Part shown: in pieces, positions 24,972-35,045 of the stretch
Layout: every line of letters starts with the position of its first letter
Numbering within the stretch: position 1 is the stretch's first letter
Origin: Candidatus Micrarchaeota archaeon
Lineage (GTDB): Archaea > Micrarchaeota > Micrarchaeia > Anstonellales > Bilamarchaeaceae
DNA: 64,000 nucleotides
Reading direction: 5' to 3'
Assembly: GCA_043812915.1 (NCBI GenBank)
Contig: JBDRLQ010000016.1
Coordinates: 32,001 to 96,000 of the forward strand
Made by a program: the position numbers and the translations under genes
The notes under the pieces: model-generated
The model's input: only the letters and a program-made list of their open reading frames with translations
Database searches by the model: none
What the model was told of the DNA's origin: nothing

Positions 24972-26588
24972 ATGACAGATGGAGAGAAGATTTTCAAACA
25001 GTTCAGAGAGCACTCTGTCGCAGAGTTCTTCAAGAAGAACCGGCAGATGCTCGGTTTCACAGGCAAGGTCCGCTCGCTCACGATGATTGTGCACGAGTTC
25101 GTGACCAACGGGCTTGATGCGGCCGAGGAGGCGGGCATCCTTCCGGATATTTTCGTGAAAGTTGAGGAACTGGGAGATGAGCATTACAGGCTGACAATCA
25201 GGGACAACGGGCCAGGAATCCCCAAGAAGCACCTTGGGAAGGCGCTTGGCCAAATGCTTGCCGGGACTAAGTTCCACCGCTTCATCCAGCAGAGGGGCCA
25301 GCAGGGCATCGGCGCCTCGGCATGTGTTATGTTCTCGTATATCACAACTGGAACCTCCGCGCAGGTCGTCTCCTGCTCTGGCAATATGAGATACAGCTGC
25401 TCAATAGGAATAGATTTCAAGACCAACAGCCCTGTAATCAAGGACCTTGTGGAAGAGGAGACTGAGGATCATGGCCTCACGGTAGTTTCTGAATACAAGG
25501 AAGTGAAATACGAAAGAAGCAACAAGGGGGTCTTCGAATACCTGAGAAGGACCGCGCTTGCAAATCCCCATTGTTCAATCACTTTGGAGGAGCCGAGCGG
25601 GGAGAACACGGTATTCCCCCGCTCCGTAGAGAAGAATCCCGCAAAGCCGTATGAAATCAAGCCGCACCCTATGGGGGTTGGTCCGCACGACTTATTGGAG
25701 CTGTGCAGGCAGCCGGGGGAGAACAGGAAGCTCTCGGCATTCCTGCAGAACACCTTCTCCAGGATGAGTGCCAACAAGGTCTCTGAACTTAGGGAACTGG
25801 CGCCCGGAGTCGATTTCGACAAGAGGCCTGAGAAGCTTGAATGGAGCGAGGCGGAAGCGGTCGTGAAGGCGTTCCAGCAGGTCAAATGGATTGCCCCACC
25901 GACGGACTCTCTTGTCCCTATAGGGAAGGAGCAGATAGAAATCTCATTCCAGAATATTTTCAATCCTGAAATCATGATGGTGACTGGAAGGAGCCCGAAA
26001 ATCTACAGGGGCGGAATCCCGTTCTCCGTGGAAGTCGGAATCGCCTATGGGGGCGGAGTGCGGGACGCTGGAAAGCGCGGGGAAGTGATGCGCTTTGCGA
26101 ACAAGGTGCCGCTCCTCTTCGACACCGGGGGCTGCGCGATTACAGAGACCGTCAAGGGGATGGACTGGAAGCGCTACAACCTCAAGAACTTCGAAGAGGA
26201 GCCCGTTGCCGTCCTGGTCAATCTTGTCAGCGTACATGTACCGTTCACTAGCGCGGGCAAGCAGGCAATCTCCCATGAGGAGGATGTGATGGATGAAATC
26301 AAGTTCGCGCTCATGGAGGCCTCAAGGGGGATACAGAGGTATCTCTCCGGAAAGAGGAAGGCCAACGAGATCGCCTCAAAGAAGAAGGTCGTCAGCAGGT
26401 ATGTCAAGCAGATATCATCAGACCTGGCGATCCTAACGGGCGGGAAGAAGTCAGAGATAGAGAAGAAGCTCACGGAAATAATCAACGAGAAATACGTTAA
26501 GGCTAAGCCTTCCAAGGAGGAGGATGAGCTTCCGACAAGGGGGGAAGCAGAGCCGGAAGAGGATGCCAGGGAGGGTGATGAGGAATGA
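24972..26588 (+). CDS. top6B: DNA topoisomerase VI subunit B
   Basis: SVAEFF.KN..MLGF, GHKL motifs E.V.N.LDA, DNGPGI, RGQQGIG, then RFANK.PL and VPFTSAGK. Confidence 0.97.
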   Translation: MTDGEKIFKQFREHSVAEFFKKNRQMLGFTGKVRSLTMIVHEFVTNGLDAAEEAGILPDIFVKVEELGDEHYRLTIRDNGPGIPKKHLGKALGQMLAGTKFHRFIQQRGQQGIGASACVMFSYITTGTSAQVVSCSGNMRYSCSIGIDFKTNSPVIKDLVEEETEDHGLTVVSEYKEVKYERSNKGVFEYLRRTALANPHCSITLEEPSGENTVFPRSVEKNPAKPYEIKPHPMGVGPHDLLELCRQPGENRKLSAFLQNTFSRMSANKVSELRELAPGVDFDKRPEKLEWSEAEAVVKAFQQVKWIAPPTDSLVPIGKEQIEISFQNIFNPEIMMVTGRSPKIYRGGIPFSVEVGIAYGGGVRDAGKRGEVMRFANKVPLLFDTGGCAITETVKGMDWKRYNLKNFEEEPVAVLVNLVSVHVPFTSAGKQAISHEEDVMDEIKFALMEASRGIQRYLSGKRKANEIASKKKVVSRYVKQISSDLAILTGGKKSEIEKKLTEIINEKYVKAKPSKEEDELPTRGEAEPEEDAREGDEE

Positions 26589-27682
26589 ACGACGATCGGG
26601 CGATGAAGAAGCTGGAAGGCCTTGGCGTGAATATGGTCAAGGAGATCGACAATGGGGATGGCCCCAGTTTCGAGACTGTGCTAAGGACCAGGAGCAACAC
26701 TTTCTATGACGAGAGTGTCGGCTGCCTCAGGACCGGCGACAAGAAGGAGACAAGGAAATTCCTGAGCGTTGCCCAAGCAAGGACCTTCATGCAGACAGTC
26801 GCTGTCGCGGCAAAGACCCGCCAGTTCCTGAAGGAGAAGCTCCACACATCAATCAGGGGCCTTTTCTACCAGCTCAAGTTCTCCTTGGGCGAGAATCTTG
26901 ATGAGGAGCTTTTCTCAGAGCAGTCTGAATCGAACGCGCTGCTTGAGGACCTGGAAGTAGCCCTCAGGCTCAAAAGGGAAGACCTGCACCTTACAACAGA
27001 CAGGAAAGGCTTCGTTGCCGGCCCGATGAAAATCCGGGACAAGTTCGGCGGGGACGAGACCGTAATCGACGCTACCAAGCTCGGCAGGTCCGGCTGGTCA
27101 ATCCCGAGCGATGTTGACAATGACATGGAAATCGAGGAGGTGAAAGCCGACTATGTCCTTGTCTGCGAGAAAGATGCGCTATGGCAGCGCCTCAATGAGG
27201 ACAAGTTCTGGAAGAAGGAGAACTGCATACTTATTACCCCAAAAGGCCAGTCCTCCAGGGGATGCAGGCGCATTATCCGCAAGTTGGCGGATGAGAAGCT
27301 TCCGGTATACGTATTCACTGACTGCGATGCCTGGGGGTGGTACATCTACTGGGCGATAAAGACAGGTTCCATGAACCTTGCGTACCTCGGGCAGGACTTC
27401 TCAGTGCCTGAAGCCAAGTTCCTGGGGGTGACAATGCAGGACATCCGCGACTATGAGTTCCTGGATAAGCTCACGATAAAGGCCAAGGAAGTGGACATCA
27501 AGCGCGCAGCTGAGATGCTGGAATATCCATGGATAAACCGGCACAAGGAGTGGGTGAAAGAACTCAAAGAGGTCCTGAAGACGAAGAAGAAGATTGAGCA
27601 GGACGCCCTGCAGGGGCAGAAGCTCACTTTCGTCGGGGAATATGTCAAGAGCAAGATTGAGGATGAGGCCTGGCTCCCGTAG
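26585..27682 (+). CDS. top6A: DNA topoisomerase VI subunit A
   Basis: R.LFY catalytic Tyr region, Q.ES..L.EDLE, EKDA, KGQ, TDCD.WG TOPRIM. Confidence 0.97.
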   Translation: MNDDRAMKKLEGLGVNMVKEIDNGDGPSFETVLRTRSNTFYDESVGCLRTGDKKETRKFLSVAQARTFMQTVAVAAKTRQFLKEKLHTSIRGLFYQLKFSLGENLDEELFSEQSESNALLEDLEVALRLKREDLHLTTDRKGFVAGPMKIRDKFGGDETVIDATKLGRSGWSIPSDVDNDMEIEEVKADYVLVCEKDALWQRLNEDKFWKKENCILITPKGQSSRGCRRIIRKLADEKLPVYVFTDCDAWGWYIYWAIKTGSMNLAYLGQDFSVPEAKFLGVTMQDIRDYEFLDKLTIKAKEVDIKRAAEMLEYPWINRHKEWVKELKEVLKTKKKIEQDALQGQKLTFVGEYVKSKIEDEAWLP

Positions 27683-27809
27683 CATGGGCTCTCCTCAAGG
27701 GAGGCAAGAAAAAATAGATTTTTTTACTTTCCTTTTTTTCAATTTAGCGTCGAATTTTGCATACATCTTGCCAAAACATTTATAAATCTTGCCACAGATT
27801 CCTCCCCCT

Positions 27810-30800
27810 ATGCGAGCCAACGTTGTAATGATTCTGACCATGGTTTTAGTGTTTTCCTCCCTGGGATTCGCCCAGTTCACATTCGGCCCGGGAGACCCGG
27901 CAAACGATTGCAGCAACCCTGCATTCGGGACTATGACCTTTGCTGCCTCAGGCACATATACCTGGGTGGGCGGCCCTAGTATGTTATATGACAACACTAC
28001 AGGCTCTGGCCCTAACGGGTTCAATTGCATAGATGTGGTGGCTTCCGATGTGGTCATAGACTGCATGAACAATGTTATTGATGGCAGCGCAGGTAATGGT
28101 GACATCGGCATATATATCGCATTGGGAGTTGACAACGTCACAATCAGGAACTGTGTCATACAGGAATTCGGATGGGGGTCCGCTGGCGGGGCAGGGCACA
28201 GGCTAGCTGTCGGCAACATATTCGTTGATGGTGCGACAGATGTCGTGCTGGACAGTTCAAACCTCACATTCATCTTCTCTTCGCCCGGCTTGGGGGACCA
28301 TATCGCCTACAATGCCCTAATATCTACGTCAGGGCTCACGCTGAACAATTCGCATCTTCTGACGTTCATGCCCCCTGTCCCTGGATCCAATGCGGCAGGC
28401 ATAGCAGGCAGGCTTGCCGATGGCTCGCAAATATCGGCGCCTGTTGATGATGTCACAATTGAGGCCTCAAGCATCGAGCAACAGCCGACACACGGCGCTT
28501 GGATAGATGGCGACAACGTGCAGGTTTATGGCGGGAGCATATTCGAATGGAATACTCTTAATGGCCTTTACATTAACGGTGCGAATGATTACATCGAGGG
28601 CAACACTTTTAATAACAATATGGGGACCGGGCTTGTGATGTCCAATGCTTATAATTCGCAGGTTCTCTCCAATGACATGATTGGGAACGGCAATTACGGT
28701 GCTGCCTTCGTCCTTGCGGAGGATGTTTATTTCTTTGACAACAACGCCTCGAACAATGGGGGCGGAGGCCTTATCATCGAGGAATCGGAAAATATCACCG
28801 CAGAGGAAAATGAGATGAGCGGAAACACGGATGAAGGAATCTGGGTGGAATCCTCCGGAGTTGCGAATACGGACATCCATATCCTCTCCAATATTATATA
28901 CGATAATGACTATGGAATTGTGATGGAGAATTCCGTTGATTCTGAAATCGACGGAAATGAAATCTGGGACATCAACAATGCGGGAATCCACCTTGAGGGC
29001 GTCGACCCGACAACCGTAAGCGACAATGACGTGGCATTGTGCGACCAGGGCATCTACGCATGCGACGTGCAGTACGTCACTTTCGAATGGAATGAGATTC
29101 ATGACAACTCAAATGAGGGTTTCTATCTTGAAGTTGGATGCGACCCGGGAGCGGTGAATGAGTACATCACCTTCGACAACAACGAAATATACAGCAACGG
29201 TGATGACGGAATCTACGCGGCATACACAGACTACATAACGATGACTGACAACCAGGTATATGGCCACGGCTCAAGCGATGGTGCGGAGCTTTACTGGTGC
29301 TATGCGCCCGAGATATATAGTGACAATAACTTCTCGCTGAACAGCGACAACGGCCTTTACCTCAACACATGGTGCGATGATGCGGTCGTCTACGACAACA
29401 CGTTCTCAGACAATGATTTCGGCTTCAGGATGTACGACGGGTTCAACCTGTATCTCTATGACAACCGGTTCTGGGACAATGACGGCTCAGCAGGTGCATA
29501 CATAGTCGATTCCGACACCATCAATATTTACGACAACGAATTCCTTGGGAACAGTTATGGTGTCTATGCGGACCCGACCACCAGCATAAACATCACAGGA
29601 AATACGATAAACGACAGCACGAATTCAGGAATATACTACGACACCATTATGACGAGCTATATCTACAACAACTATGTAGGGTACAGTGGGGATGATGGAA
29701 TTGAAATAACAGCTTCCGACTCTGTAGACATTATAGACAATGTTGTGGAGGAAACCAGCTCTGGGGACTGTGTTTACATAGTTAATAGCCCCCTTTCCAA
29801 TATCAATGGCAACACGCTCAGGTACTGCGACAGCGACGGAATCGAGCTTGATAATGCGGAGTTTACGACCATCGACCCCAATTATATACATGACTGCGGG
29901 GATAATGGTATCTACGTGGCGGGCGGTTCTGATTCTGTGACGATAGACGGCAACTTCATATATGACAACCAGATTGGTCTCTACATGGAGGACGGCCTTG
30001 CAACCGTCACCAACAATGAGGTATATGACAATGACGAGCAGGGCATATACCTGGATGGAGCATACGATGGCGTCTTTGAGGACAACATTGTCTACGACAA
30101 CGGCTATTCTGGCTATTACTTGGACATCAACGCTAACGGTAACACGTTCACCGATGATGTCCTTTATGGAAACGGCTATGACTGTGTTTTTGACTGGGAT
30201 CCAGAATGCTATGGATTCTATATAGCCAACAGCGATGATCCTGAGCTGATTAATGTTGTTTCGCGCGACTCCTGGGCAGGGGTGTGGTTCTCGACAGTGA
30301 ACAGCCCAATTCTGACTGATGTACGGGTTTACGGGAACACTGAGGATTCTCTGTATATGGAAGGGGCCACAAATATAGATTTCACTAGGGTCGAGCTCTA
30401 CAACAACGGCGGATACGGTTTCTACTTCGATTCTGCCAGCACTGGAACAATGACTGACTGTACAGTCCACGACAACGGGCCAGCAGTGTATGGTATTGAG
30501 CTGTATGGCGCCAGTGACATCACTGCGGACAACCTGCAGATATACAACCATGTGGATGCATGGCTGTATGTCGAGTCCGGTTCCACGCTTGACACAACTG
30601 ACCTGACAATCGGCTACAATACTTTATATGGCGCCGACTGGCCCCCAACCACAATCTTTGACGGGGCTCAGAACACTGACATCTATGACACCAACTTCCT
30701 TATCGGGCCTGACTTCGTCTCAATGGACAGCACCGACCCGGATACGGATGAGATGAATGTCGCAGGTGTCACTTTGAGGACCCAGGTCGGAGGATGCACT

Positions 30801-31919
30801 GGCATCACTTATTATCATGCGGCAGGTTTCCCTGCAGATGCGGATGAGGTGATTGCAACCGGGGCGCCATTCACTCCAGGCACCAAAGGGTGCGTCGGTT
30901 CTGTTGCGACCTATGAGGCTTCACTGAACTTCTCAGGATACACCGCAGGGGGGACTCTCTCATCCAGCGGTGGAAGCTCTGCAGAGACCAAGAGAATGAC
31001 GGTCGAGTCAGAGATTCTCTGCCCGGGCGATGAGGTGGAACTCACAGTCACACACAGCGGTTCGCCAGTTGTTGGAGTGAATGTTGAGCTCACCCAGTAC
31101 AACCCGTATATGGGGGTTGTCGCAAGCGGCACCACCGACAGCAATGGGAAGGTGACCCTTGACCTGCCTGCTAGCGGTGTCTACAGGGCTCATCTGAGCA
31201 AATCAGGCTATACTTACCTCAATCCGTATGTCTTTGAGCACTCCTTGTGCTCAGGGATGGCGCCTGGCGCCTGCAGGACGGATTCCGGATGCGCCCCTGC
31301 CGAAGCCTGCGTGGCTGGCAGCTGTGTCGCCCTTACAGGCGACTGCGGCTATGCCTCGGGGCATGTCTGGATTGACTATGGGTGCTGCTCCAATGCGGAC
31401 TGCGCGGCCGGAACAAGCTGCGTGGGCCACGTTTGCATGAGTCCTGAGGAGGAAGTTCATGAAGGCGCTCCAGGGGAAGGCACAACGCCTCCGGGAGAGG
31501 TAATCGCGGAAGAGGATGCAGATGCTGCTGCAGCGGCCCTGACAGCGCTTGATGAAGCCACCGGAGCAATCTGGGAGGCTGACCAGGCCGGGAAGGACAC
31601 AACTGCCGCCAAAGCGAAGTTCATGGAGGCCCAGAATGCCTACAACTCAGGCGACTATGCCAAAGCCAAGGAACTTGCCGAGGAAGCCAAGAGATTAGCT
31701 AATGAAGCCGCGGCGCCTGCGGAGGGTGCAATTCCTGAAGCGGGCGTTGAAGGGCAGCCTACGGCTGGACAGCCGCCAGCAGCGTCTTCAGGCGGACCTG
31801 GCATGCTTCTCATAATAGTGGGCGTGGTAATCCTTATCGCTCTTGGGGCCGGTGCATACTGGCTCCTTGGCCAGGGCAAGCCAAAGGGCGGCTACAAGCC
31901 AAAAGGCGGCAGCCAGTAA
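27810..31919 (+). CDS. Large surface protein with parallel beta-helix (NosD/CASH-like) repeats and C-terminal TM anchor
   Basis: Signal peptide, many N.I..N...GIY repeats, Ig-like module (GTTDSNGKV), Cys-rich module, Ala/Glu coiled coil, TM helix and basic tail. TATA at about 27779. Confidence 0.9.
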   Translation: MRANVVMILTMVLVFSSLGFAQFTFGPGDPANDCSNPAFGTMTFAASGTYTWVGGPSMLYDNTTGSGPNGFNCIDVVASDVVIDCMNNVIDGSAGNGDIGIYIALGVDNVTIRNCVIQEFGWGSAGGAGHRLAVGNIFVDGATDVVLDSSNLTFIFSSPGLGDHIAYNALISTSGLTLNNSHLLTFMPPVPGSNAAGIAGRLADGSQISAPVDDVTIEASSIEQQPTHGAWIDGDNVQVYGGSIFEWNTLNGLYINGANDYIEGNTFNNNMGTGLVMSNAYNSQVLSNDMIGNGNYGAAFVLAEDVYFFDNNASNNGGGGLIIEESENITAEENEMSGNTDEGIWVESSGVANTDIHILSNIIYDNDYGIVMENSVDSEIDGNEIWDINNAGIHLEGVDPTTVSDNDVALCDQGIYACDVQYVTFEWNEIHDNSNEGFYLEVGCDPGAVNEYITFDNNEIYSNGDDGIYAAYTDYITMTDNQVYGHGSSDGAELYWCYAPEIYSDNNFSLNSDNGLYLNTWCDDAVVYDNTFSDNDFGFRMYDGFNLYLYDNRFWDNDGSAGAYIVDSDTINIYDNEFLGNSYGVYADPTTSINITGNTINDSTNSGIYYDTIMTSYIYNNYVGYSGDDGIEITASDSVDIIDNVVEETSSGDCVYIVNSPLSNINGNTLRYCDSDGIELDNAEFTTIDPNYIHDCGDNGIYVAGGSDSVTIDGNFIYDNQIGLYMEDGLATVTNNEVYDNDEQGIYLDGAYDGVFEDNIVYDNGYSGYYLDINANGNTFTDDVLYGNGYDCVFDWDPECYGFYIANSDDPELINVVSRDSWAGVWFSTVNSPILTDVRVYGNTEDSLYMEGATNIDFTRVELYNNGGYGFYFDSASTGTMTDCTVHDNGPAVYGIELYGASDITADNLQIYNHVDAWLYVESGSTLDTTDLTIGYNTLYGADWPPTTIFDGAQNTDIYDTNFLIGPDFVSMDSTDPDTDEMNVAGVTLRTQVGGCTGITYYHAAGFPADADEVIATGAPFTPGTKGCVGSVATYEASLNFSGYTAGGTLSSSGGSSAETKRMTVESEILCPGDEVELTVTHSGSPVVGVNVELTQYNPYMGVVASGTTDSNGKVTLDLPASGVYRAHLSKSGYTYLNPYVFEHSLCSGMAPGACRTDSGCAPAEACVAGSCVALTGDCGYASGHVWIDYGCCSNADCAAGTSCVGHVCMSPEEEVHEGAPGEGTTPPGEVIAEEDADAAAAALTALDEATGAIWEADQAGKDTTAAKAKFMEAQNAYNSGDYAKAKELAEEAKRLANEAAAPAEGAIPEAGVEGQPTAGQPPAASSGGPGMLLIIVGVVILIALGAGAYWLLGQGKPKGGYKPKGGSQ

Positions 31920-31935
31920 GAAACAGGTGACTGAT

Positions 31936-32400
31936 ATGAAAAAAATATTGGCAATTTTCGGATTTCTTCTCCTTTCAGGAGTGGGCTTCGCGGCAATCGG
32001 CCCGATAATAGTAAGGCCCCCGGTTCCAACCGACCCTTTCCTGCAGGCCAGGTTCAATAATGCGGATTGTTGGGCTGGCTATGGAATGGACATAATCAGC
32101 GATGCGCAGGGCTATTATCCAGACCCGCCCCCGGCGCCCGCGTACTTGCAGACGATTAGTGATGAGATATTCGCCCAGAGGGACATCTTGGCCGGTTATC
32201 TCGTCGACGAAAATGTCGTCGCCTTCAATGCGCAGTACCTGGTCGTAATGAGCTATGTGCAGCAGGCCAAGGCGGCTTACAGGACCGAGGCAAGATATGC
32301 CATAGGGCAGGGCTGGGAAGCCCGCGGGGACATAATAACTGATTTTAATGGCCAGAGGAGCAACCTCATCAGCTGCCTTGCTATGCCGGTTCCAGGATAA
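31936..32400 (+). CDS. Secreted hypothetical protein
   Basis: Signal peptide MKKILAIFGFLLLSGVGFA; GGTGA RBS. Confidence 0.7.
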   Translation: MKKILAIFGFLLLSGVGFAAIGPIIVRPPVPTDPFLQARFNNADCWAGYGMDIISDAQGYYPDPPPAPAYLQTISDEIFAQRDILAGYLVDENVVAFNAQYLVVMSYVQQAKAAYRTEARYAIGQGWEARGDIITDFNGQRSNLISCLAMPVPG

Positions 32401-32416
32401 TTTTTTTCCTTTTTTT

Positions 32417-33698
32417 GGCTCTTCTCCCAAGTTAGGATAAAATGTATGGTGTATTTCATGAAGTTTGGAGACAAACATGAAACACAACCATACGTCTGTA
32501 ATCAGGAACTTATATGCTTTTAAGGGCTTCCGAATTTCCCAGGTTTTTCTCACTGAAAAAGAGCTCAGGATTTTCCTGGAAAAAACAGTGAAAACTGGCA
32601 TCTGTCCGGCTTGTGGAAAAAGATGCAGGAAGATTGAAGACATGTATGAACGCACGGCCAGAGATCTTGACTGTGTCGGCAGGATTGCTTTCATCACTTT
32701 CAAACAATACAAGATCAGGTGTGGCTGTGGCTACAGAGGAATAGAAGAATTGGGTTTCCTCGATAAATACAGCTTCTGCACGAAAAGACTTGAGGAATAT
32801 GTCTTTCTCCTCTGCCAGAAGATGAGCATCAAGGATGCTGCCCAGCTATGCAAGCTGAATTGGAAGACTGTGAAGAACATCGACAAGAAGTATCTACGGC
32901 AGCTTGTTACTCCCCTGTCAGAACTCAGCCCCAAGAGGATTGGTGTTGATGAGATTTCCCATGAGAAAAGACACAAGTACCTGACTGTTGTGAGGGATCT
33001 TGATCTGAAGAGAGTAATCTGGGTTGGCAAGGGCAGAAGAAAAGAAACCCTGGATGAATTCTTCTCAGAGCTTGGAGAAAAGAAGGCCAGGCGTATTAGG
33101 GTAGCTGTGATGGACATGCATGATCCCTATATCGCCTCTGTGAGTGAGAACTGTCCTGATGCAGACATTATCTTCGATAAATTCCATATCAGCAAGAAGG
33201 TGAACGAAGCCCTGGACTCTGTGAGGAAAAAGGAGTTTGGCAGGGCAGATGCCCAAGAGAGGAAAAACATGAAGAGGAAGCGTTTCCTCATCCTGAGCAG
33301 GAAGAAACGCCTGGATGATGAGCAAAAAGAAACAGTTGAGGACCTCAAGAGGATAAATGCCCGTCTTTATGAGGCATATCTGCTGAAGGAGCAGGTCCTG
33401 GACATCTTTGATGAAAAAAGAAATCATGACTGCATTATCCAGATTTATCAGGTGGTCCACCAACGTAGAAAAATCAGGTTTTGTTGTTTTTCAGAAAGTT
33501 GTGAAAACACTCAAGAATTATTTTTATGGGATAATGAACTACTTTTACTACAGAATAACCAATGCTGCATCTGAAGGATTCAACAACAAGATAAATGTCA
33601 TCAAGAGAAGGGCGTATGGCTTCAGGGATTTGGAGTACTTCATGCTGAAAATCCTGCAAAGTTGTGGCTTGAGGTCATCCTAAAGTCGGAGAAGAGCC
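32417..33698 (+). mobile_element. ISL3-family insertion sequence
   Basis: Terminal IRs GGCTCTTCTCCCAAGTTAGGAT / ATCCTAAAGTCGGAGAAGAGCC (19/22 match), inserted in a T-rich tract. No perfect target duplication. Confidence 0.93.
32477..33683 (+). pseudogene. ISL3 transposase, frameshifted near 33414-33420
   Basis: CP.CG, IGVDE, MDM..PY, DKFH in one frame; TNAASEGFNNKI..IKR.AYGFR in the +1 frame. One extra A in GAAAAAAG explains the break. Confidence 0.88.
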
Positions 33699-33737
33699 TT
33701 TATATTTTTTTGTATCCAACCCTATTGCTGTGATAAT

Positions 33738-34622
33738 ATGGCAGGCGTAAGTAGGGCAATTCGGCCAATTGATTCTGATTTACAACAGATGCAGCAGTCA
33801 TTCAACCAGCTCTTTAGGGCCTTTCATATCCCTCCTGCTGACCGTGCAATTGTTCAGCTTAGGGTAAATCGGTACATCGATGATCTTATTTTCAATGTCG
33901 GTTTTGATGGCCGCCTTGCCCACTTTGATTCTATCCTTCCTTCTGAATTGCAATCATCTTCAGACGGTTTTGCAGATAGGAGGGCTGCACTCTCTTCAGT
34001 AGAAATAACTTCTACAATTGTCAGTTCTATCGCCCGGGCACATCGGGAAAATCCAGGAGGACGTGACTTCTATTTTGTCTCGGCTCCAACAAGGGATGGC
34101 GATGTGACACGTGTTATGGATGAATTCGCGGTTCCTGCAAGTGAAAGGGATTCAACACATGTTCTTTTGGAAGAGCTGGAAATCCCAGGCCGCTTTAGGG
34201 CTGATATTCTTGCCTGTGCCTTGATTATTGAGCGGGGGCATTATCCAAGCCCAAGAAATTTCATGGGCAACTTCCCCTCAACATTCCCTGAATCCCGAGA
34301 CTGGAGCATCAGGGCGGCTTGGACATATTTTACCCGTCTTGTTAATAGTGCCGAAATAAGTAATGAAAGAATCCCGATACTTGGCGGAGCCACCCTTCGT
34401 GATAGGCTGATGCCATCTTTTAGGGAGGTGTTCAATATCCTTGATTCTCTGGCACAAGGAAACGTATCAAGAGAAGAAGCATATTCTGGGGCTATCGAGG
34501 CTCTTCGCAGGTATAATAATTATTCAGTATTTCCTGGATTTTTAGGGCATTTCCCCCCGGTGCTTTTAGAAATAGGGACTTCGATTGTCAGGGATTCTGT
34601 GCCACGAAGAGTGAATCCATAA
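33738..34622 (+). CDS. Hypothetical protein (orphan-like, lower GC)
   Basis: 294-aa ORF with no recognisable motif. Confidence 0.65.
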   Translation: MAGVSRAIRPIDSDLQQMQQSFNQLFRAFHIPPADRAIVQLRVNRYIDDLIFNVGFDGRLAHFDSILPSELQSSSDGFADRRAALSSVEITSTIVSSIARAHRENPGGRDFYFVSAPTRDGDVTRVMDEFAVPASERDSTHVLLEELEIPGRFRADILACALIIERGHYPSPRNFMGNFPSTFPESRDWSIRAAWTYFTRLVNSAEISNERIPILGGATLRDRLMPSFREVFNILDSLAQGNVSREEAYSGAIEALRRYNNYSVFPGFLGHFPPVLLEIGTSIVRDSVPRRVNP

Positions 34623-34648
34623 ATCTAAGAAAAAAGATTTTGAACAGA

Positions 34649-34909
34649 CTATTCTCCGTCAGTCCCCTCATCAACTATGGTCCCTTCCGGAGCTTCAGGT
34701 GCATTTCCGGGAGGACACAGATATGCATTTCCGCATTCAGGGGCATCGAATTCTCCTGCCTCCTGCAGTCTCCTCCAGGAAGGGCATGCGGCGTTCTCGC
34801 ATCCGGTAATCCCACCCATGCCCATTAAGCCCATGTAGACGCCTATCTGGTTCCATCCAGGGTCATTCTAGTCCTCAAAACTGAGTTTGAAGCGGTCTAC
34901 ATAGTCTAA
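34649..34909 (-). pseudogene. Degenerate copy of the C-terminus of the 35046-37760 protein
   Basis: LDYVDRFKLSFED*NDPGWNQIGVYMGLMG...GCENAACPSWRRLQEAGEFDAPE versus IDYVYSCKLNYYDKTDSGYNKLAVYMSLMG...GCENVACPSWRRLQEGGDFDVPE; in-frame TAG. Confidence 0.85.
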
Positions 34910-35045
34910 TTATTAATTTCTTCTTATTTTCCTTTTTTGCACGCCGCAAGTGTCTTAGTCGAGCCAGATCAATAAAATGAACAGGCTCATCCATATTCAT
35001 TTAGATTGGGAATTAAGAGCCAATGATCAGCTGAATGGCTTACAC

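Noticed and set aside
29625..30551. Long antisense ORFs (also 18903-19751, 60730-61881, 57274-57906 and others)
   Set aside because: They shadow well-supported genes on the opposite strand, have no motifs, and are expected from codon bias.
34868..34870. In-frame TAG as pyrrolysine or stop-codon recoding
   Set aside because: TAG terminates several normal genes in this window, the fragment has no start, and the codon aligns to AAG, so it is a nonsense mutation.
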